Under the pieces are notes generated by a model. It worked only from the letters and a program-made list of their open reading frames with translations, was not told the origin of the DNA and made no database searches. Shown piece by piece: positions 38,769 to 50,182 of a DNA stretch of 64,000 nucleotides (positions are counted from its first letter, which is position 1; each line of letters begins with the position of its first letter). This stretch comes from Actinomycetota bacterium (GTDB taxonomy: Bacteria; Actinomycetota; Thermoleophilia; BMS3ABIN01): assembly GCA_023489275.1 (NCBI GenBank), contig JAMDDD010000004.1, positions 27,802-91,801 on the forward strand, read 5' to 3'. Position numbers and translations under genes: made by a program.

Positions 38769-40052
38769 CTAGAACGGCGCCGCTGACGGCGCGCGATTGC
38801 TGACCTCTACCCGTTGAATATCCGCCCCCAGCGCCTGCAGTTTTTGCTCAAAATTCTCGTAACCGCGATCGATATGACCGATGCGCCGCACCTCGGTCGT
38901 GCCGGCCGCCGCGAGGCCTGCCAGCGCCAGGGCGGCGCCGGCGCGCAGGTCGGGCGCCTCCACAATGGCTCCCTCCAGACGGCTCTGACCGTGAACGACG
39001 GCGTGATGGCCGCTCGTGCGGATGCTCGCGCCCAGCCGGTTCATTTCATCGACAAACACGAAACGGTTCTCGAAGACGTTTTCCGTGACGATACTATGCC
39101 CCCGCGCCAGGGACAGCAGCACCAATACCGGCGCCTGCAGATCTGTGGGAAATCCGGGATGCGGCAAAGTGGCGATATCAGTGCTGTGAAACTCGCCGGC
39201 GCCGCGGCACCGGATCTTGTGATCGAACTCCTGGACCTCAACGCCGATCGATCTCAGCTTGCTGATAAAGATTTCCAGGTGCAGCGGATTGACATCCTCG
39301 ATCACCAGATCGCCGCGAGTCACCGCCGCCGCGATCATGAAGGTGCCGGCTTCAATCCGGTCCGGTACGACCGTGTGGGTGGCGCCGGCCAGTTCGTCAA
39401 CACCATCGATGATGACGGTCTCGGAGCCGGCGCCGCTGATGCGCGCGCCCATCGAAGTCAAAAATTTGGCCAGATCAATGATCTCGGGTTCTCTGGCGGC
39501 GGATTCGATCACCGTGCGTCCGCGCGCCGTCACCGCGGCCATCATGATGTTCTCGGTGGCGCCGACGCTGGGATAGTCGAGACTGATTACGTCACCTGTA
39601 AGCCCATTTGTATCAACATTGATAAACCCGTGCTCAACATTGATGCGGGCTCCCAGCTTTTCCAGACCGCTTAAGTGGAAGTCAATTTTCCGCGGCCCGA
39701 TATTGCAGCCGCCCGGCATCGCGACCCGCGCCCGGCCCAGCCGCGCCAGCAGCGGCCCCATGACAATGATGGAGGCGCGCATCTGGCGGACCAGTTCGTA
39801 CGGCGCCGTGTCGGAGAGACCGCCGGACGGATCGATCTCCACCCGCTCCGGCGTGACAGTGACGCCGGCGCCCAGTTCCCGGAGGACGCTCGCCATCGTG
39901 CGGACGTCTTTGATCATGGGGACGTTTTGCAGGATAGTCTTATCCGGGGTGAGAAGCGCCGCCGCCATCAGCTTCAGGGCTGAATTCTTGGCTCCGGAAA
40001 CCCTGACCGCGCCCGTCAGCGGATTGCCGCCGTTTATTAAAAAAGATTCCAT
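38769..40052 (-). CDS. murA: UDP-N-acetylglucosamine 1-carboxyvinyltransferase
   Basis: 427 aa; MurA N-terminus (NGGNPLTGAVRVSGAKNSALKLMAAALL) and catalytic Cys in MPGGCNIGPR. Confidence 0.95.
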   Translation of the reverse strand: MESFLINGGNPLTGAVRVSGAKNSALKLMAAALLTPDKTILQNVPMIKDVRTMASVLRELGAGVTVTPERVEIDPSGGLSDTAPYELVRQMRASIIVMGPLLARLGRARVAMPGGCNIGPRKIDFHLSGLEKLGARINVEHGFINVDTNGLTGDVISLDYPSVGATENIMMAAVTARGRTVIESAAREPEIIDLAKFLTSMGARISGAGSETVIIDGVDELAGATHTVVPDRIEAGTFMIAAAVTRGDLVIEDVNPLHLEIFISKLRSIGVEVQEFDHKIRCRGAGEFHSTDIATLPHPGFPTDLQAPVLVLLSLARGHSIVTENVFENRFVFVDEMNRLGASIRTSGHHAVVHGQSRLEGAIVEAPDLRAGAALALAGLAAAGTTEVRRIGHIDRGYENFEQKLQALGADIQRVEVSNRAPSAAPF

Positions 40053-40061
40053 AAACCAGAC

Positions 40062-40152
40062 ATTGGATCTTGGACATTGGACATTGGATACCCATTCACC
40101 TGGAATTCCAACCTGGATATCGATCCACAGTTTTTATCCAAAGTCCAATGCC
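40062..40152. repeat. intergenic word-repeat inverted repeat (ACATTGGAC units) between atpC and murA
   Basis: gacattggacattggat ... atccaaagtccaatg, seen directly. Confidence 0.6.
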
Positions 40153-40171
40153 TAAATTCCTGTCTCCGCTG

Positions 40172-40588
40172 TTACAGACCGGCGACCTTGATCCGGTTGA
40201 GAGCTCTCCGGCGGGCCCGCTGCGCGCGGTGCGTGTCCACCCCTTCTTCCTGGCTGCGGCCCAGCCATGACTCGGCCCGCGCCAGAGCCGCCTGGGCCCG
40301 TTCAATGTCAATCTCTGACGCCATTTCCGCAGTGTCAACCAGAAGCAACAGCCTGTCGAACTGCATCTTGGCATATCCGTCTCCCACGGCCAGTTCCTGC
40401 CGGCCGGTTGTTTCGCCGTACACGTGGGCCCTGCCGATTACCGTACTGGTCACGATCGGCGCATGCCGGGGCATGATGCCGAGCTCTCCCGTCTCGCCGG
40501 GGATGACTACTATCAAAGCGTCATCGCTCAAAATGAGCCCTTCCGGCGTAACGATCTCGCATTGGAGCCTTTTGCTAGTTTCTTCCAT
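40172..40588 (-). CDS. atpC: F1 ATP synthase epsilon subunit
   Basis: LQCEIVTPEGLILSDDALIVVIPGETGELGIMPRHAP. Confidence 0.9.
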   Translation of the reverse strand: MEETSKRLQCEIVTPEGLILSDDALIVVIPGETGELGIMPRHAPIVTSTVIGRAHVYGETTGRQELAVGDGYAKMQFDRLLLLVDTAEMASEIDIERAQAALARAESWLGRSQEEGVDTHRAQRARRRALNRIKVAGL

Positions 40589-40615
40589 ATCCGCAGGCCT
40601 TTTCCTTCCTGGCGC

Positions 40616-42085
<1,470 letters not shown>

Positions 42086-42104
42086 TCACTCCCTATAAAA
42101 TCAG

Positions 42105-42175
42105 GTTTCCAGTTTCTGGTTTCTAGTCTCTAGTTGTCATTTTTACAGGTTTTAACTAGAAACTGGAAACTATAA
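42105..42175. repeat. intra-operon hairpin (AGTTTC units) between atpG and atpD
   Basis: ccagtttctggtttctagt ... actagaaactggaaact (15/17 complementary). Confidence 0.6.
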
Positions 42176-42186
42176 ACTCAAAACTT

Positions 42187-43080
42187 TTATCCTAAAGCTT
42201 CCGCTCCCGCTACAACTTCCAGGATGTCCTGCGTAATCGCCGCCTGGCGCGCCTTGTTCATCGCCAGAGTCAGCTTTCCGACCATCTCCTCGGCGTTTTC
42301 CGAAGCGCTGCGCATCGCCGTCATCCGGGCGCCATGCTCGCTGGCGGTTGATTCCAGCAGTGCCCGGTAAATTGTGTTATCAACATAACTGGGGAGCAGG
42401 CTCCGGAGGATGCCGGCAGCGCTGGGCTCATAAATGAAATCCCCTTGCAGCTTTCGCGCTTCCTCGGAAACCTCGGGCTCCGTCGTCACGATCTCCTCAC
42501 CCAGAGGCAGAATCACCTCTTCGGTAACGGTTTGCTCCATGGGGGACTTGAAATGGTTGTACACAAGATAAACGCGGTCAACTTCACCCGCGATATACAT
42601 GGTAACAACGCGGTGGGCGATATCTTCCGCATCGGTAAATTTGGGGCGGTCGGTAATGCCGGTGATCGCCTCCCTCACGTTGACCCCGCGGAAGCGCATG
42701 GTGCCTACTCCCTTGCGGCCGACAATGACCCACTCAACGCCCTTGCCCTCGGCGTGCGCGGCGCTCTGGATTGACAGGGAATGCCTGATGATGTTGGCGT
42801 TAAACGCTCCGGCCAGGCCGCGGTCGCCGGTCAACATGACGATAGCGATCCGCTTTTCCTCGTCGTGCACCTTAAGCAACGGAAATTCTTCACCGCCCTC
42901 GGAGTGCCGGGCGACTTCCTGCATTAACTCCATCATCCGCTCGGCGTAAGGCCTCAGCGCTTCGATGCGATTCTGGGCGCGCCGGAGCCGGGCGGCCGCC
43001 ACCATCTCCATGGCCTTGGTGGTCTTGCGAGTATTTTTTACCGAAGCAATCCGGCGTGCTATATCTCTGAACGCTGCCAT
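42187..43080 (-). CDS. atpG: F1 ATP synthase gamma subunit
   Basis: 297 aa with the conserved gamma termini. Confidence 0.9.
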   Translation of the reverse strand: MAAFRDIARRIASVKNTRKTTKAMEMVAAARLRRAQNRIEALRPYAERMMELMQEVARHSEGGEEFPLLKVHDEEKRIAIVMLTGDRGLAGAFNANIIRHSLSIQSAAHAEGKGVEWVIVGRKGVGTMRFRGVNVREAITGITDRPKFTDAEDIAHRVVTMYIAGEVDRVYLVYNHFKSPMEQTVTEEVILPLGEEIVTTEPEVSEEARKLQGDFIYEPSAAGILRSLLPSYVDNTIYRALLESTASEHGARMTAMRSASENAEEMVGKLTLAMNKARQAAITQDILEVVAGAEALG

Positions 43081-43193
43081 CAGATATTATTCCTGATCAA
43101 TTTTAACATCCTGTTTCCAGCTGTCATTCCGAGGAGCAAAGCGGCGAGGAGCCTCCAGCTCCTTCGCTTCGCTCAGGATGACAATATCGTTGT

Positions 43194-44783
43194 TTAAGCC
43201 GTGGCCGCTTCTGCAGCTTCCGGTTCCGCGGCCGTGGGCGCCGGCACATTCAGCTGCTCATGGTCCGGCTGGAAGTCCTTCAGGAATTCCTCCATGGCGG
43301 CGCGGAGCCTGGCATCGGTGTCGTCCGAGATTTCCTTCTCTTCGCGGATCACGGTCAGAAGCTCCGGATGCTCGCTGTGCAGCCGGGCGATCAGGCCGGA
43401 GTTGAAGTCCGGAACGCGGTCTACGCTGACCTTGTCCAGGAATCCCTGGGTCGCGGCAAAAATAACCGCTACCTCCTCTTCAACCGGAAAGGGCTGATAC
43501 TGCCCCTGGTTAAGAGCGGCAACCATCCGCTCGCCCCGGGCCAGCTGCGCCTGCGTCGCCGCATCCAGCTCCGAGCCGAACTGCGCAAAAGCCTTTAGCT
43601 CGTTGTACTGGGCCAGGTCAAGCCGAAGCTTGCCGGCAACCTTCTTCATCGCCTTGATCTGGGCGTCGCCGCCAACGCGGCTGACCGAGATGCCGACGTT
43701 GATGGCCGGCCGCACGCCGGAGTAAAACAGGTCCGGCTCGAGGAAGATCTGGCCGTCCGTGATCGAAATGATATTGGTCGGGATGTAAGCTGAGACGTCA
43801 CCGGCCTGGGTTTCCACGACTGGCAGAGAAGTGATCGAGCCACCGCCGAGGTCATCGGACAACTTGACGCCGCGTTCCAGCAACCGTGAATGCAGGTAGA
43901 AGACGTCACCGGGATAAGCTTCGCGCCCCGGCGGACGCCTGAGCAGCAGCGACATCTGGCGGTAGGCGTCAGCGTGCTTGGTCAGATCGTCGTAGATACA
44001 CATGGCTTCGCCGCCCTTGTAGCAAAAATATTCAGCCATCGCGGTGCCGACATAGGGGGCCATGAACTTCAGCGGCGCGCGCTCGGAGGCGGCGGCGAGC
44101 ACAACAATCGTATAATCCATGGCGCCGTGCTCTTCCAGTTTGGCGACGACGCTGGCCACATTGGAAGCCTTCTGGCCAATCGCCACATAGATGCAGATTA
44201 CATCCTGCCCCTTCTGATTGATGATGGTGTCCACCGCGATGGCCGTCTTGCCGGTGCGGCGGTCGCCGATGATCAGCTCGCGCTGACCGCGGCCGATGGG
44301 GATCATCGAGTCGATCGACTTGATTCCGGTCTGCAGCGGCGTGCTTACGTGCTGCCGGGCAATCACGCCCGGGGCCTTGAACTCGACCGGCCGGTACTCG
44401 GATGTCTCGATCGGGCCCCTGTCGTCGATCGGCCTCCCGAGAGCATTGACAACGCGGCCGATCAGCGCTTCTCCCACCGGCACGCTCATGACCCTGCCAG
44501 TGCGCTTGACCAGGTCGCCCTCTTGAATCAGGGTGTCCTCGCCCATCAACACGGCGCCGACATTGTCTTCTTCCAGGTTTAGCGCCAGGCCCACGACATC
44601 GTGGGGAAGCTCGAGCATCTCCGATGCCATCGCCTTCTCCAGGCCGTGGATGCGGGCGATGCCGTCACCGACCTCGAGAACGCGGCCGACCTCTTCAACC
44701 TCGACCTCAGCCTCGTAGTTCTCAATCTGGCTCTTGAGAACAGCGGTAATTTCTTCAGGACGCAGTTTCAAAGCTATCTTCAC
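43194..44783 (-). CDS. atpA: F1 ATP synthase alpha subunit
   Basis: [23 protein letters not shown] Walker A. Confidence 0.97.
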   Translation of the reverse strand: MKIALKLRPEEITAVLKSQIENYEAEVEVEEVGRVLEVGDGIARIHGLEKAMASEMLELPHDVVGLALNLEEDNVGAVLMGEDTLIQEGDLVKRTGRVMSVPVGEALIGRVVNALGRPIDDRGPIETSEYRPVEFKAPGVIARQHVSTPLQTGIKSIDSMIPIGRGQRELIIGDRRTGKTAIAVDTIINQKGQDVICIYVAIGQKASNVASVVAKLEEHGAMDYTIVVLAAASERAPLKFMAPYVGTAMAEYFCYKGGEAMCIYDDLTKHADAYRQMSLLLRRPPGREAYPGDVFYLHSRLLERGVKLSDDLGGGSITSLPVVETQAGDVSAYIPTNIISITDGQIFLEPDLFYSGVRPAINVGISVSRVGGDAQIKAMKKVAGKLRLDLAQYNELKAFAQFGSELDAATQAQLARGERMVAALNQGQYQPFPVEEEVAVIFAATQGFLDKVSVDRVPDFNSGLIARLHSEHPELLTVIREEKEISDDTDARLRAAMEEFLKDFQPDHEQLNVPAPTAAEPEAAEAATA

Positions 44784-45330
44784 TCCCTACAATAGTCGCT
44801 CGGGCCAGCCTGTTGTGAAGCTGCTGCAGCTTCGCTTTCAGGCTGCCATCAACAATTATGTCGCCGATCCGGAGGATCAGCCCTCCGACAACATCCTCGC
44901 GCACGATCGCTTTCATGTCGATCTGCTTGCCGGTGGCGGCGGCGATCCGGTCTCTGATCTTGGCTTTGGTCTCCTCAGGAAGTTCTATCGCTGAAACGAT
45001 TTCAACCTCCACCACCTTGTTTTTCTTCTGCAGCAGACGCGTAAATCCGTCATAAACCTCCGGGATGAGATCCGGATGCCGTTTGTCAATCAGCAGGTTA
45101 ATCCCGTTGACAAAAATGCGGTCGCCGCCTGCGGTGAGATCCTTGACAATCCTTTTTTTCTGAATGGAGCTTATCTGCGGATTATAAAGGACCGCGGTCA
45201 GCTCGCGGGAGCGCTGCATGGCCTCAACAAAAGCAGCAAGATCAGCTGATGTCGCTGCCAGCGAGCCGGCATCCTCGGCAGCCTCAAAGAGGGCCTGGGA
45301 GTAAACATTCGCTGTTCTCTGGTCAGCCAA
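44755..45330 (-). CDS. atpH: F1 ATP synthase delta subunit
   Basis: 191 aa OSCP/delta-like; 29-nt overlap with atpA. Confidence 0.8.
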   Translation of the reverse strand: MADQRTANVYSQALFEAAEDAGSLAATSADLAAFVEAMQRSRELTAVLYNPQISSIQKKRIVKDLTAGGDRIFVNGINLLIDKRHPDLIPEVYDGFTRLLQKKNKVVEVEIVSAIELPEETKAKIRDRIAAATGKQIDMKAIVREDVVGGLILRIGDIIVDGSLKAKLQQLHNRLARATIVGSEDSFETAS

Positions 45331-45332
45331 GC

Positions 45333-45854
45333 CTAGTTGCCCCCGGCGCCCAACCGGTCGAAATCAACCTCCGCCAGCGCTTCGTCAACCAAACGAAGAT
45401 GGTCTTCCTTGGTAATGGTTCTGCCGGCCACCTTGCCGGCCGCCAGGATGGTCAGATCCGCGACCTGATCCTTGATTTCATCGACCGCTTTCCTGGTCTC
45501 CCGCCGGATCTGATCGCGCGCATTTTCAACCTCTTTTTGCGCATGGACATGAGCCTCGCCGATGATCTCAGCCTTCTGGTCGTCTCCAATCTTGCGCGCT
45601 CTTTCGACGATCTGCTCCGCTTCCATCTTGGCGGTTGAGATTGACTGGCGGTACTCTGCCAGCGCTTCCTTGGCCTTCCGGTCCATCTCCTCCGCGTGAT
45701 GGATGCTTTCCTCGATGGCGTCGCGACGCTGGTCGATCACGGCCTGCAGCGGTCCAAAAGCGTACTTCTTCAGGACGAACAGCAGGATCCCGAAAGTAAT
45801 CAGGGTATATATCATTAGTCCAGGTTGAATACTGAGCATAGTGCTTGCAAGCAC
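45333..45854 (-). CDS. atpF: Fo ATP synthase subunit b
   Basis: N-terminal TM plus a long charged helix. Confidence 0.85.
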   Translation of the reverse strand: MLASTMLSIQPGLMIYTLITFGILLFVLKKYAFGPLQAVIDQRRDAIEESIHHAEEMDRKAKEALAEYRQSISTAKMEAEQIVERARKIGDDQKAEIIGEAHVHAQKEVENARDQIRRETRKAVDEIKDQVADLTILAAGKVAGRTITKEDHLRLVDEALAEVDFDRLGAGGN

Positions 45855-45905
45855 CTCCTAAGCCGTCAGGGCCGGGCATCACGCCTTGGCGCCGTGCCCA
45901 ACCTT

Positions 45906-46383
<478 letters not shown>

Positions 46384-47208
46384 TTAGTGTTCCTGGTGGA
46401 TCGCGCCACCGATGTAAACCGCCGACAGGATGGCAAAAATATACGCTTGAATTCCCGCGACGAAAATCTCAAACAGGCTGACCGCGACCACGCTCGCTTC
46501 CAGCGGCACAATCAGGATGGCCAGGGCCACGGACTGAATCATCAGGATCATGGCGTAAAACACAAGCAAGACCAAGTGCCCGGCAACCAGATTGGCGAAA
46601 AGTCGCACGGACAGCGACACCAGGCGGAACAGCTCGCTGATGCCGTGCAGGACGAACAGCACCTGTTTCAGCACCGGCGGCGCCGTTGACGGCATCCAGC
46701 CCTTGAAATAGCCGATGGCGCCGTTGGCCCGTATGCCGGAAACGTGGGTTGCGACAAATGTAATGGCAGCCAGCGCGATGGTGACGTTAATGTTGGCGGT
46801 GGCCGCGTAGGTCTTGAACTCGGGAATATTGTGAAAACCCGACGCCAGGTTAAACGGAAGCGGTATCAGTCCGATGATGTTGCTGATCAGGATGAAGAAG
46901 AAAAGTCCGGCAATATACGGGAACCACGCTGCCGCCGCCTCCGCCGGCATCACCGCGCCCACCAGCACATCCCGCACGTATTCGTAGATCGCTTCAAAGC
47001 CGGCCTGCTTGCGCGTGGGCAGCACCCGGGCCACTTTGGAGATAAGGATGAAAACCAGCGCCGTAATCGCCGCGCCCAGGAACAGGTAAAGTACAACCTT
47101 GTTGATCGACATGTCAACGGGACCCAATTTGAACTGGAGATGATGACCGGCGATGTCAACCGGCTTGAGGGCGTCGGTAAATTCATCAGCGGGATTAAGA
47201 ATGCTCAC
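46384..47208 (-). CDS. atpB: Fo ATP synthase subunit a
   Basis: 274 aa polytopic protein with the conserved Arg in LSVRLFANLVAGH. Confidence 0.9.
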   Translation of the reverse strand: MSILNPADEFTDALKPVDIAGHHLQFKLGPVDMSINKVVLYLFLGAAITALVFILISKVARVLPTRKQAGFEAIYEYVRDVLVGAVMPAEAAAAWFPYIAGLFFFILISNIIGLIPLPFNLASGFHNIPEFKTYAATANINVTIALAAITFVATHVSGIRANGAIGYFKGWMPSTAPPVLKQVLFVLHGISELFRLVSLSVRLFANLVAGHLVLLVFYAMILMIQSVALAILIVPLEASVVAVSLFEIFVAGIQAYIFAILSAVYIGGAIHQEH

Positions 47209-47579
47209 GCCTTCACCTCCTGCTTAAGCCCGGCGCGGCTGCGAAGCCCCACGAAAATCTCCAGAGTCAGAAACGCCGTATACACTACCAAAAAACAGAT
47301 AGATGTCATGACAAAGTAGTTCGGCAGCGCCAGCGCCACCAGCAGCAGGCCCAGGCCGATCAGGCCGAAGCGGATCAGGAAACTGAGAATTGCCACTCCG
47401 GCTGCGGCCCCCGCATTTAGTCGCGCAATCAAGGGCAGGAAGGGCAGGGAAAGACCGTAGTTGACAACAAAGATCCCGGCGGCCAGCGCCCAGGGGGCAA
47501 ACAGCGGCCGGACCAGAACGCCCACGAGCAGGCCGATGCCGATCACGATAGTCATCAGCGATGCCAGCTTTCCTACCAT
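47205..47579 (-). CDS. ATP synthase protein I-like (AtpI) hydrophobic protein
   Basis: 124 aa, 4 TM, directly upstream of atpB with a 4-nt overlap. Confidence 0.5.
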   Translation of the reverse strand: MVGKLASLMTIVIGIGLLVGVLVRPLFAPWALAAGIFVVNYGLSLPFLPLIARLNAGAAAGVAILSFLIRFGLIGLGLLLVALALPNYFVMTSICFLVVYTAFLTLEIFVGLRSRAGLKQEVKA

Positions 47580-47723
47580 AACGCAACCTTTCCCGTGGTT
47601 TTCGGTGCTTTACAAACGCGGGGTGCCCTGCTCAAGCCCTGCCCGACAACGGTGGCGGCTGGCCCCCCGGCGCACTTTGGGCGCCACGTTCAAATTCCCG
47701 CGGCCCACCGGGTCTCCAGCGGA

Positions 47724-47936
47724 TCAGAAAACAGTCTTGTAGATTCCGTAGAGCCCCGCGGCGAAACCGCCAAAGATGCCTAGAATCAGAAAAAGCGGAG
47801 TGGTTTTTAGAAGATAATCCAAACCCAGTCCGCAGACTGTGCCGAGTAAGACTCCGCCCAGAAGATAGAGAGCTATCCACTCCCAGCTGGCGGAGCTGCC
47901 TTGGCTGCCTTTCGGTTTTGCCATCTTGGGAGGCAA
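47724..47936 (-). CDS. AtpZ/ATPase_gene1-like small membrane protein
   Basis: 70 aa, two TM helices, at the 5' end of the atp operon. Confidence 0.45.
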   Translation of the reverse strand: MPPKMAKPKGSQGSSASWEWIALYLLGGVLLGTVCGLGLDYLLKTTPLFLILGIFGGFAAGLYGIYKTVF

Positions 47937-48225
47937 TTTGAACCGCGTCAGTATACCATTAGAAAAACTTCGCTACAAGAGTTACTAATAGCGATTCACT
48001 ATCTTACCTTAATTTCATCCTGCGTCTAGTCCTTATTTTTAATATTTCCAATAAGCAAAACAGATAGACGTTCGTATCAGCAGCCACGACTGCTAATAGC
48101 CTGGTTGCCAGGGCCGGTTATCTGGCGGGAAAAGCTATCATCGTGGTGAAGATTTGTGATTGAAACCCCGGCGGGCCTGACGGAGCATCAAAAGGCACGC
48201 GGATGAAAACGGGGGAATATTTCGA

Positions 48226-49290
48226 TCAATAATCGGGGTGCCGCCGGCTCCGAACCTGGAGAATATCAAGCAGATAAATCAGGTAGAGGCTGACGCCGAT
48301 CGCCACGCCGGCGAGAATGACAGTGACAAACCCGGGCGCAAACCGCATCGACAGCGCCACCGCGCTCATCAGGGTGGACCAGAAATACAGGACGAATACG
48401 GCCTTCCGCTGCGAGAAGCCGATATTAAACAGCCGGTGATGCACGTGTCCCCGGTCCGGACGAAAGATGTTCTGCCCGTTCTTCACGCGGCGGAGAATCG
48501 TCAGCGACAGGTCAAACATCGGCACGCCCATGATCAGCAGCGGGATGATCAGGGTGACGGCGGCGACGCTTTTCAGGACACCGTTCACGGTAACGGCGGC
48601 AAGGATGAACCCGAGCAGCATCGACCCGGAGTCTCCCATGAAAATCGACGCCGGGAAGAAGTTGTGCCGGAGAAAACCGAGCGTGGTTCCCGCCAGGATC
48701 GCCGCCAGGATGCCGGCGCCGGGCCGCCCCAGCGAAATGGCGATGACCGCGAAAGTGCCGGCAGCGATGGTGCACACACCTGCCGCGAGGCCGTCCATCC
48801 CGTCCATGAAGTTAACGATGTTGACCAGTGCGACTACCCATAATATTGTCAGCGGTACCGCCGCCGCCGCCGCCAGATTTATGGTGCCAATGTATGGCAG
48901 CGAGAAGTAGTCAATCCGCATGCCGTAATAGACGAGGCAGGCGGCGGCGATAAACTGGCCGGCGAATTTTACCAGGGGACCGGTGGGCCGGAAATCATCA
49001 ACGGCGCCAAACAGGGTAATGATAGAGGCGCCGGCGAGCACCCCTTTCATCTGTGAATTAAGATCAAGGAAAAACAGCGCCGGAATCATGAAACCGAAAA
49101 AGATCGCCAGCCCGCCCAGCCGCGGGATCGGGTCCGCGTGGATCTTGCGGGCATTTGGTTCATCCATGGCGCCGACGAGGCGGGCGATAGAGCCCACCGT
49201 CGGCGTAACCACAAAAACAATCGCCGCCGCCACCACGAACGCGATCACGGCCGCTCTCGTTCCCGCAATCGGTGTCTCGATGAAATCCAC
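48226..49290 (-). CDS. glycosyltransferase family 4 (WecA/TagO/MraY-like) polyprenyl-phosphate HexNAc-1-phosphate transferase
   Basis: 354 aa polytopic protein with DDxxD-like (GAVDDF) and VNFMDGMDGLA motifs; upstream of the atp operon as in Gram-positives. Confidence 0.85.
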   Translation of the reverse strand: MDFIETPIAGTRAAVIAFVVAAAIVFVVTPTVGSIARLVGAMDEPNARKIHADPIPRLGGLAIFFGFMIPALFFLDLNSQMKGVLAGASIITLFGAVDDFRPTGPLVKFAGQFIAAACLVYYGMRIDYFSLPYIGTINLAAAAAVPLTILWVVALVNIVNFMDGMDGLAAGVCTIAAGTFAVIAISLGRPGAGILAAILAGTTLGFLRHNFFPASIFMGDSGSMLLGFILAAVTVNGVLKSVAAVTLIIPLLIMGVPMFDLSLTILRRVKNGQNIFRPDRGHVHHRLFNIGFSQRKAVFVLYFWSTLMSAVALSMRFAPGFVTVILAGVAIGVSLYLIYLLDILQVRSRRHPDY

Positions 49291-49793
49291 TATCCGCCCA
49301 TCCGATGCAACCTGATGCCCGCCTCGGCAAACAAGCCGGTTGCCAGCTCATCGGGATAACCCTTGTCAAAATAGACTTCCACGATGCCGGAATTAATAAT
49401 CATCTTGGCGCACAGCGAGCAGGGCTGGTGCGTGCAGTAAAGCGTCGATCCATCGATCTTGACCCCGTGGAGGGCCGCCTGGGCGATCGCATTTTGCTCC
49501 GCGTGGAGCGCCCGGCAAAGCTCGTGCCGCTCACCCGAGGGGATGCCCATCTGCTCCCGGAGGCAGCCTACCTGCGTGCAGTGGCTGATCCCCCGGGGGG
49601 CGCCGTTATAGCCGGTTGACAGAATCCGCCTGTCCTTGACCAGCACCGCTCCCACCTGCCGGCGCATGCAGGTAGAGCGCGTGGCAACCTGCTCTGCTAT
49701 CTGGAAAAAGTACTCGTCCCAGGAAGGGCGCGCCTGACGGCGGGGAAGGAGAACTGCAGCCAGGGATTCTTTTTTCGGTTTCTCGCCGTCCAT
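49290..49793 (-). CDS. dCMP deaminase (ComEB-type cytidine/deoxycytidylate deaminase)
   Basis: HAEQNAI and PCSLCAKMI zinc motifs; start trimmed to MDGEKPKK. Confidence 0.85.
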   Translation of the reverse strand: MDGEKPKKESLAAVLLPRRQARPSWDEYFFQIAEQVATRSTCMRRQVGAVLVKDRRILSTGYNGAPRGISHCTQVGCLREQMGIPSGERHELCRALHAEQNAIAQAALHGVKIDGSTLYCTHQPCSLCAKMIINSGIVEVYFDKGYPDELATGLFAEAGIRLHRMGG

Positions 49794-50182
49794 GTTTTCC
49801 TTTGGTTCACATTGCTGGCGAACCCGATGCCCTAGGTTACCGGCCCGAAGCCGGTTTTGCAAATTCCGCGGGACATGGTCCCCAAACCGGGGCCAGGCAG
49901 CGACAGGGCGGCCCGGAAGCCGCCCTTAGATTTTCTTTGCCGGCGCCGCGTTTCCTTGTGCCGCCGGCCTCATGGCAATCGCCTGCGGAGGCAGGCCCCG
50001 AATTTTACTGACCCAGCACTTCGTTAAAATAGCCGTTCCAGAGGACGCGCTGCGAAGCGAGGACGGGACCGCCGGTGGAGGTGACGTTTACCGGCCCGCC
50101 CATCTTCCCCGGGAAGTCCGGATTCCAATTGCCGCCATGAGGGATGCTGTAGTTCCGGGTTACCGGAGTGCCGTCGAAGTTT